A stretch of 64,000 nucleotides of DNA from Promethearchaeia archaeon (GTDB lineage: Archaea; Asgardarchaeota; Lokiarchaeia; Sigyniarchaeales; SOKP01). Shown one piece after another: positions 59,216 through 64,000 of this stretch. Position 1 is the first letter of the stretch; each line of letters starts with the position of its first letter. A program made the translations under genes and the position numbers. Below the pieces are notes generated by a model, which worked only from the letters and a program-made list of their open reading frames with translations, was not told the DNA's origin and did no database searches. Location: assembly GCA_046483985.1 (NCBI GenBank), contig JAWOCD010000085.1, forward strand, positions 8,957 to 72,956. Reading direction: 5' to 3'.

Positions 59216-59357
59216 TTCTAAACACTCGATTTAACCTTATTAATCTATATATTAATTCTGGATATTCTAGATAGTATTACTCTATATTTATTATTGATAT
59301 TTAGATTCAAGGAAGTTATAAGAGATAAAAATGAGAGTAACTAAATAAAGAAAAAAA

Positions 59358-59870
59358 TTATTCTTCCTCGTTCTCTTCAGGCAATTTTTCGGTCAAATCT
59401 GTGGCTTCTAATAACTTCTGAACCTCCTCTAAATCTGGATCCATCACTTCTGGTAAACTAAATTTCTTTCTCCTCCGTTCGATTGCAGATTGTAAAGGAA
59501 TGGCCAAACCAGATTCTAAAATCACTGAGGCTTGCTTCGTATAATGCTCCGGAGCTTCTCCCCGTTGGACACTTTCATTTTTAAGTAATGTAAAGATATC
59601 TGTTAGATTCACTTTTTGTGGGCAGACCTCATCGCAAGTATCGCAAATGGTGCAGCCCCAAATGTTAAATGACTCTTTCCTTCCGAAAATTTTATCTTTC
59701 AACCCTAATAATGAGTCTAAAATTAACCGTCTTGGATTATAGCGCCCTTCCGTGACTTGCGCAACTGGGCACGCCCCGCTGCACGTGGCGCATTGATAAC
59801 AATAGGATAACGTTGATCCAATGTCTGAACCCACGATAGAATTACGGAATTTGAAATCTATAGTTGCCAT
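59358..59870 (-). CDS. HdrC-like 4Fe-4S dicluster protein
   Basis: CYQCATCSGACP and CTICDTCDEVCP motifs with an NPRRL spacer region, as in heterodisulfide reductase subunit C. No HdrA or HdrB gene lies nearby. Confidence 0.7.
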   Translation of the reverse strand: MATIDFKFRNSIVGSDIGSTLSYCYQCATCSGACPVAQVTEGRYNPRRLILDSLLGLKDKIFGRKESFNIWGCTICDTCDEVCPQKVNLTDIFTLLKNESVQRGEAPEHYTKQASVILESGLAIPLQSAIERRRKKFSLPEVMDPDLEEVQKLLEATDLTEKLPEENEEE

Positions 59871-60004
59871 TTATTATATCAATTTATAATGTAAATTTTA
59901 GTATACTTTAATTAAAAATTTATCATATTAAAAATCTATTTTTTTAAAAAACACTTCCTAAGAAGCTAAAATTTATTTAATATTTGCGAAATTTATATAT
60001 AAGG

Positions 60005-60202
60005 ATGCTGGATGTGGAGATTTCAAAGTTAAAGAAATTCATAAAATCCCGCCAAGATGAATTACAAATCCCCGGAATCGGTTTAGGCATAATTAAAAAT
60101 AAAGAAATCGTGTTCAGCGGAGGATTTGGGTTTCGGAATATGAGATTCCATTTGATCCACACCTCTATTTCCTGTAAAATCCTGAATCATATCTCTACTT
60201 AA
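60005..60202 (+). pseudogene. remnant of a beta-lactamase/serine-hydrolase-family gene (N-terminal ~45 codons, frameshifted, remainder missing)
   Basis: LKKFIKSRQDELQIPGIGLGIIKNKEIVFSGGFGFRN matches the usual N-terminus of class C beta-lactamase-like hydrolases. After GFGFRN the expected continuation (YEIPFDPH...) is readable only in another frame and stops quickly. No downstream coding sequence follows. Confidence 0.5.
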
Positions 60203-60549
60203 TATTCATATTATAAAAACTGAAGGAAAAGAACAATTGATTTTATAAATTGAGAAGCATATAATCAATAATTATAGATTTTTTTCTCGTCACTCATTCT
60301 TTCTAAAATTTCTAATATAAAAACATTCAATGAATTCCCTTTCAATTCTTTAATTTGAGTCAGAAACAACACCACTACTTTAAAGAATTTCTAATCCTTA
60401 TTGTTCTGAAGAGCAGTTCATAACTTTTATAATAAAGCTTTAAACAATATAAAGGATTAAATAATTTTAAATATATAAATCAAGAAAATAATTGTGAGAG
60501 ATTTAAAGATCTGAAAAAATTATTATCAAGTAATGAGTTGAAATCTAAA

Positions 60550-60903
60550 ATGCATATTAGTGAATTAGAAGAAGTAAACGTTGAAGCCCCCCCTGAGGCT
60601 GAAGAAGGAATCTATGTAGTGGATATATATACCAATTGGTGCGGACCTTGTAAATTCGTTAGTCCACTGTTAATGAAACTCCGCGATGAGGGTCTTATCT
60701 CCTTGACAAAAGTGGATTTAGACCAAAATAGACCGCTTGGAGAAAAGTTTGGAGTAACTGCTATACCAACTCTTCTGTTCTTCAAAAATGGAGAACTCAT
60801 CGATAAAACGATTTCAGTAGACGGAAGGGACTTTATCCAAAATGGAAAAATGGTGGGTGCGGCACCAGAGGACGTATTAAGAAAGATAATTGATAAAATT
60901 TAA
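60550..60903 (+). CDS. trxA: thioredoxin
   Basis: WCGPCK active site and the GVTAIPTLLFFKNGE motif. The ATG at 60550 is preferred over the TTG at 60538. Confidence 0.85.
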   Translation: MHISELEEVNVEAPPEAEEGIYVVDIYTNWCGPCKFVSPLLMKLRDEGLISLTKVDLDQNRPLGEKFGVTAIPTLLFFKNGELIDKTISVDGRDFIQNGKMVGAAPEDVLRKIIDKI

Positions 60904-61045
60904 ACTTTTATACAGTTCAATATTGTTTTTTGTTTCTTTTTCTTTTTAATAGAAAATATTTTCTATTGTATGTTAGATATTAAAAATTTTAAAATGAATG
61001 CTATTTTTACATTTATAATTTAACTACTCTTAGGTTTAAAGGAAA

Positions 61046-61552
61046 ATGTCAAATTACTCGAGAAAGGACTTACTTGACGCTGATGCTACAATGAATCAGC
61101 TTAGAAATATGGTGACCCACCTTCAGAGATTTATGAAAAAAAGCGGGGTTGAAAATATAATTGAACGCTATAGAAGGATGGGGAAACAGATGGCTGACAC
61201 CTATATTAACTATTGGAAGCCCATTGATAGCGTAAAACTTGCAAACATTCGAGATGTAATCGCTACGATTTATAAAAAAATTGTAGGCAGCCAGATTAAT
61301 ATTTCGATCAATGAAAAAGAGCATTTGATCACTGTAGTTGACTCAAATTGCTCTTTATGTAAATACCAATTTGATGATATAAACGTTGCTGGTTGCGAGA
61401 TCATCTTGGCTTTAGTCAGCGAGATGATTAACTTAATTAACAAAAATTCTCCCGATTCTTCAAGACTACGTTTAGAACCTTTCGCGGTAAAAGAATCACG
61501 AACATTTGGAGATGATTCCTGTGTTCAAATATATAAATATAAAATTGAATAA
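61046..61552 (+). CDS. V4R-domain (Bet3/TRAPP-like) protein
   Basis: 168 aa. C-terminal NCSLCKYQFDDINVAGCEIILALVSEMINL...VKESRTFGDDSCVQIY fits the V4R pattern (Cys pair, G/A-rich helix, E...GD..C). Confidence 0.55.
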   Translation: MSNYSRKDLLDADATMNQLRNMVTHLQRFMKKSGVENIIERYRRMGKQMADTYINYWKPIDSVKLANIRDVIATIYKKIVGSQINISINEKEHLITVVDSNCSLCKYQFDDINVAGCEIILALVSEMINLINKNSPDSSRLRLEPFAVKESRTFGDDSCVQIYKYKIE

Positions 61553-63013
61553 TTGAGATTAGGTGAATATAATTTGGGACTATTTCAATGGTTATTAAAA
61601 AAAGTGACGAAAGCATTTGGGAGAGATACGGACGCATTATTTTATACCTTACTATATAGAGAGATTCTCAAGGAAATTCAAGAAATCACTCAAGACGAAG
61701 AGAAATCATTAATTGTAATGCGGGAGTTGGGGAAAAATGCGGCTTATGATTCATGTGATAGGCATTCGAGTATTTTTCGGATCATGCCAGGAAAGCCGGA
61801 TAAAGTTTTAGACTACTTTGGTATCCTTTGGAGTGTTGTATTTGGGATGGATTTTGCAGAGCATAATTATGAACGCATCCCCAATGACGGACATGTCTAT
61901 GATGATTACGTGCTTAATATTCAGAAAAATCCGATTTGTGCGAGCTATAGTAATGATAAAGAAGACACATTTGATTTTAAGAGGGTCCCCGATGATCAAG
62001 ATGGATGTAGTGCGGGTTTATGCGGAATGCTGGAGACCGTTGCTAATTTTATCTTGAAAGTAAAGAAAGCAGAATACCGGATCGGTATGCAAGAAACCAA
62101 ATGCCTGGCAAAAGGCGATGACGTGTTGCAGCTTTATTGTAAAATTTATAATCTTGAGGAATGGAAGCAATACATCGAAAAAGAAGGACAAAAAGATATC
62201 TTCTCCGAGGATTTTCTTGAGCAAGGCGAACCAGATTTACTTGATAAAGTTCAAGATCTCTTTTCATTGGATAAAATGGAGCAAATTCTGGAAGAGCCCT
62301 TGGAGAATGTCAAAGATAAGGTGGCAGATCTTATCCGAGAGAAGTTAAATATGGGACCTAGGCACTTCTTTGATTATTTCAGAAACTACGAAGATGACAT
62401 GATTCGCATTGTTGGGTTTTTGTTTGTTCATTTACTGAATGAATACGGGGGATTTGTAGAAAAGTTTCTGAAGAACGATGTCCTGGCGCGATTAGCTGGA
62501 TATTTATTCAAGCATATGAAGGAAATGACTCTTCTATTTATTCCGTTAGATGTTGTCCACGATTACCATGAATTATTTGTTAGTTTTCTCAAAGGATTGG
62601 CTCCAGAAGAGATGATTCAAAGAATTGAGAGCTTTTCCGCACAAGAAGATATTAATCTATTATTTGAAGGCGCACAGATCGCCCTCGAAGATTTGGGAAT
62701 AGACTTTTCAGAATTGAAAGATAATATTTGGGAAGAATTGAAGGAGGACCGTGAAGATGAATTGATCTCTTCGGATCAATCTGTTATTGATAAATCCCGT
62801 GAAAGATTTCCGAAAATTGTTAATATTCTTCAAGAAATCGTGATGTTGATTAGTGAAATCTTAACGCTTCCCGTGCGAACTCTAATATCTGGAAGCCATC
62901 ATTCAGTTAAATCGGCGGTTAATTCTGTAGTATCCGAAGAGGAGGGATTATACGGACAAATTAGAGATCGAGCGGATAATATCTTTGACGAAGTGGAAGA
63001 ACTTCAGGATTAA
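61553..63013 (+). CDS. protein with N-terminal V4R-like domain and acidic helical C-terminal extension
   Basis: It starts (TTG) immediately after the upstream stop. NPICASY...DGCSAGLCGMLETVANFIL...MQETKCLAKGDDVLQLYCKIY fits the V4R pattern. The C-terminal ~280 aa are E/D-rich helices. Confidence 0.5.
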   Translation: MRLGEYNLGLFQWLLKKVTKAFGRDTDALFYTLLYREILKEIQEITQDEEKSLIVMRELGKNAAYDSCDRHSSIFRIMPGKPDKVLDYFGILWSVVFGMDFAEHNYERIPNDGHVYDDYVLNIQKNPICASYSNDKEDTFDFKRVPDDQDGCSAGLCGMLETVANFILKVKKAEYRIGMQETKCLAKGDDVLQLYCKIYNLEEWKQYIEKEGQKDIFSEDFLEQGEPDLLDKVQDLFSLDKMEQILEEPLENVKDKVADLIREKLNMGPRHFFDYFRNYEDDMIRIVGFLFVHLLNEYGGFVEKFLKNDVLARLAGYLFKHMKEMTLLFIPLDVVHDYHELFVSFLKGLAPEEMIQRIESFSAQEDINLLFEGAQIALEDLGIDFSELKDNIWEELKEDREDELISSDQSVIDKSRERFPKIVNILQEIVMLISEILTLPVRTLISGSHHSVKSAVNSVVSEEEGLYGQIRDRADNIFDEVEELQD

Positions 63014-63124
63014 GCTAAGAACTGATACTTAACAGGTACAATTAGTTTTTTGAAGTATGATATTTAAATATAAATATCCTTTTTTCTTAACAATTTCACT
63101 CAGCTCAGTTTTGTTTTTTTTATT

Positions 63125-63571
63125 TTACAAAGCTTTTCGCCAGATTACCATCTGCGCATCGTTAACTTTTGCTTTTCTTGGTCCCTTTTTCTCGTATTGA
63201 CATGTTTCAAATACATTCTCATAGTCCTCTCTTACTTGCGCCAAGATTTTCTCTAATTTTAATCCCCGAGCATACCATTCAATAAAATTAAGTATACTGG
63301 GACCGATTCTCTTAATTTCTGATTCTTTTTTTATGGCCATATATTCAATTCTTCCTTCAGTTTCATTTAGCTTTTTTAATCTTGCAGCACCTTCGATTTC
63401 TGAATCTATAAGACCCACAAAAAAATATAAATTATTTTTCTCTTCATCTATTATTTTCCGAACAGTATTTTTATCTTTTCCGTATGGCTTAAAGAGAATT
63501 TTCCATTGGAGGTCAAGCATTTCTTCATATTCATGCTCCTTGACTTGTCTAATAATTAGCGAGTTTTCCAT
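63125..63571 (-). CDS. probable GNAT-family N-acetyltransferase
   Basis: 148 aa. GAARLKKL...IEYMAIKKESEIKRIGPSILNFIEWYARGLKLEKI resembles GNAT motif A and its surroundings. Weak pattern-level call. Confidence 0.45.
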   Translation of the reverse strand: MENSLIIRQVKEHEYEEMLDLQWKILFKPYGKDKNTVRKIIDEEKNNLYFFVGLIDSEIEGAARLKKLNETEGRIEYMAIKKESEIKRIGPSILNFIEWYARGLKLEKILAQVREDYENVFETCQYEKKGPRKAKVNDAQMVIWRKAL

Positions 63572-63574
63572 ATG

Positions 63575-64000
63575 TTAAAGTCCTCCTTGTTGCTTTAATT
63601 GCTCGATTTTATTACTGTACTCTGATACTTTTTTATGGTCTTGTAATTCATATGCTAAATCAACCATTGCATAAAAAAGGTTGATTGCCTCTGTGATCTC
63701 GTCATTCTTAATTAGCTCATTAACCTCTTGTTCTAATCCTTTTAATTTACTCCTTAGTTTGGTTTGCTGTTTTTTTACTTTTTTCTCAATTGTCTGGAGA
63801 TCAGCATTGAATTTATTTATCAGGACAGTTTCCACTTCTTGGACCAATTTATAAATTTCTAAGGGATTATCTTTGTCCCATTTTTCATAATGAGGGATTT
63901 TCCTGAGAAAATTCTCCTTTGATTCATACATTTGAAGTATCTCTTCTGGTAAAATAAATTCGGGTTTTTCTGGATAATTTTGAAAATCAATCTGGATTTC
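63575..64000 (-). CDS. hypothetical coiled-coil protein, possibly 5'-incomplete at window edge
   Basis: The reading frame stays open from the stop at 63575 through to base 64000. The ORF-track start at 63931 is the first Met, but upstream in-frame codons (EIQIDFQNYPEKPEFILPEEILQ) contain no stop. Confidence 0.4.
   Translation of the reverse strand, partial: EIQIDFQNYPEKPEFILPEEILQMYESKENFLRKIPHYEKWDKDNPLEIYKLVQEVETVLINKFNADLQTIEKKVKKQQTKLRSKLKGLEQEVNELIKNDEITEAINLFYAMVDLAYELQDHKKVSEYSNKIEQLKQQGGL

Noticed and set aside
59358-59870. The HdrC-like gene considered as evidence for a heterodisulfide reductase complex at this locus.
   Set aside because: No hdrA or hdrB gene is adjacent. A lone dicluster subunit does not establish the complex.

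Overview
AT-rich archaeal chromosomal segment, densely coding on both strands, with short gaps and several 4-20 nt start/stop overlaps. All calls come from reading motifs in the supplied translations and the DNA; no database or HMM search was possible. Archaeal information-processing genes: Topo VI B and A subunits, an MCM helicase interrupted by a 523-aa LAGLIDADG intein, and a GINS-like gene. Metabolic genes: LysX/LysZ/LysK-type enzymes, CoaBC, a PRTase, a GH20-like hexosaminidase, rubrerythrin, a VIT1/CCC1 transporter, tungsten-type aldehyde:ferredoxin oxidoreductase, Zn-ADH, an HDAC-family deacetylase, CofD, a CofE-nitroreductase fusion, a lipoate ligase flanked by two radical-SAM genes (LipS1/LipS2-like), a GT4 glycosyltransferase, LeuRS, flavin reductase, TIM, an HdrC-like protein and thioredoxin. 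A Rab/Ras-like small GTPase, two tandem V4R (Bet3/TRAPP-like) genes, three tandem genes with longin-like patterns and many K/E/Q-rich low-complexity proteins suggest an Asgard (Lokiarchaeia-like) archaeon; this is inference only. The most notable regions are: (i) a 12.6-kb cluster at 33217-45803 combining MoxR, DUF58, DUF4350-like and three DUF4129-like modules with two large sequon-dense surface proteins, one carrying a transglutaminase-like core whose Cys and His positions are substituted; (ii) the longin-like trio at 55445-57734 plus the V4R pair at 61046-63013, a candidate GTPase-regulatory or TRAPP-like module; (iii) a 1183-aa Topo VI B subunit with large inserts, a duplicated HeH/SAP-like tail, and a translationally coupled third gene. 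LeuRS and TIM look bacterial-type. I saw no rRNA, tRNA, CRISPR array or transposase by eye, but small RNAs cannot be excluded without covariance-model searches.
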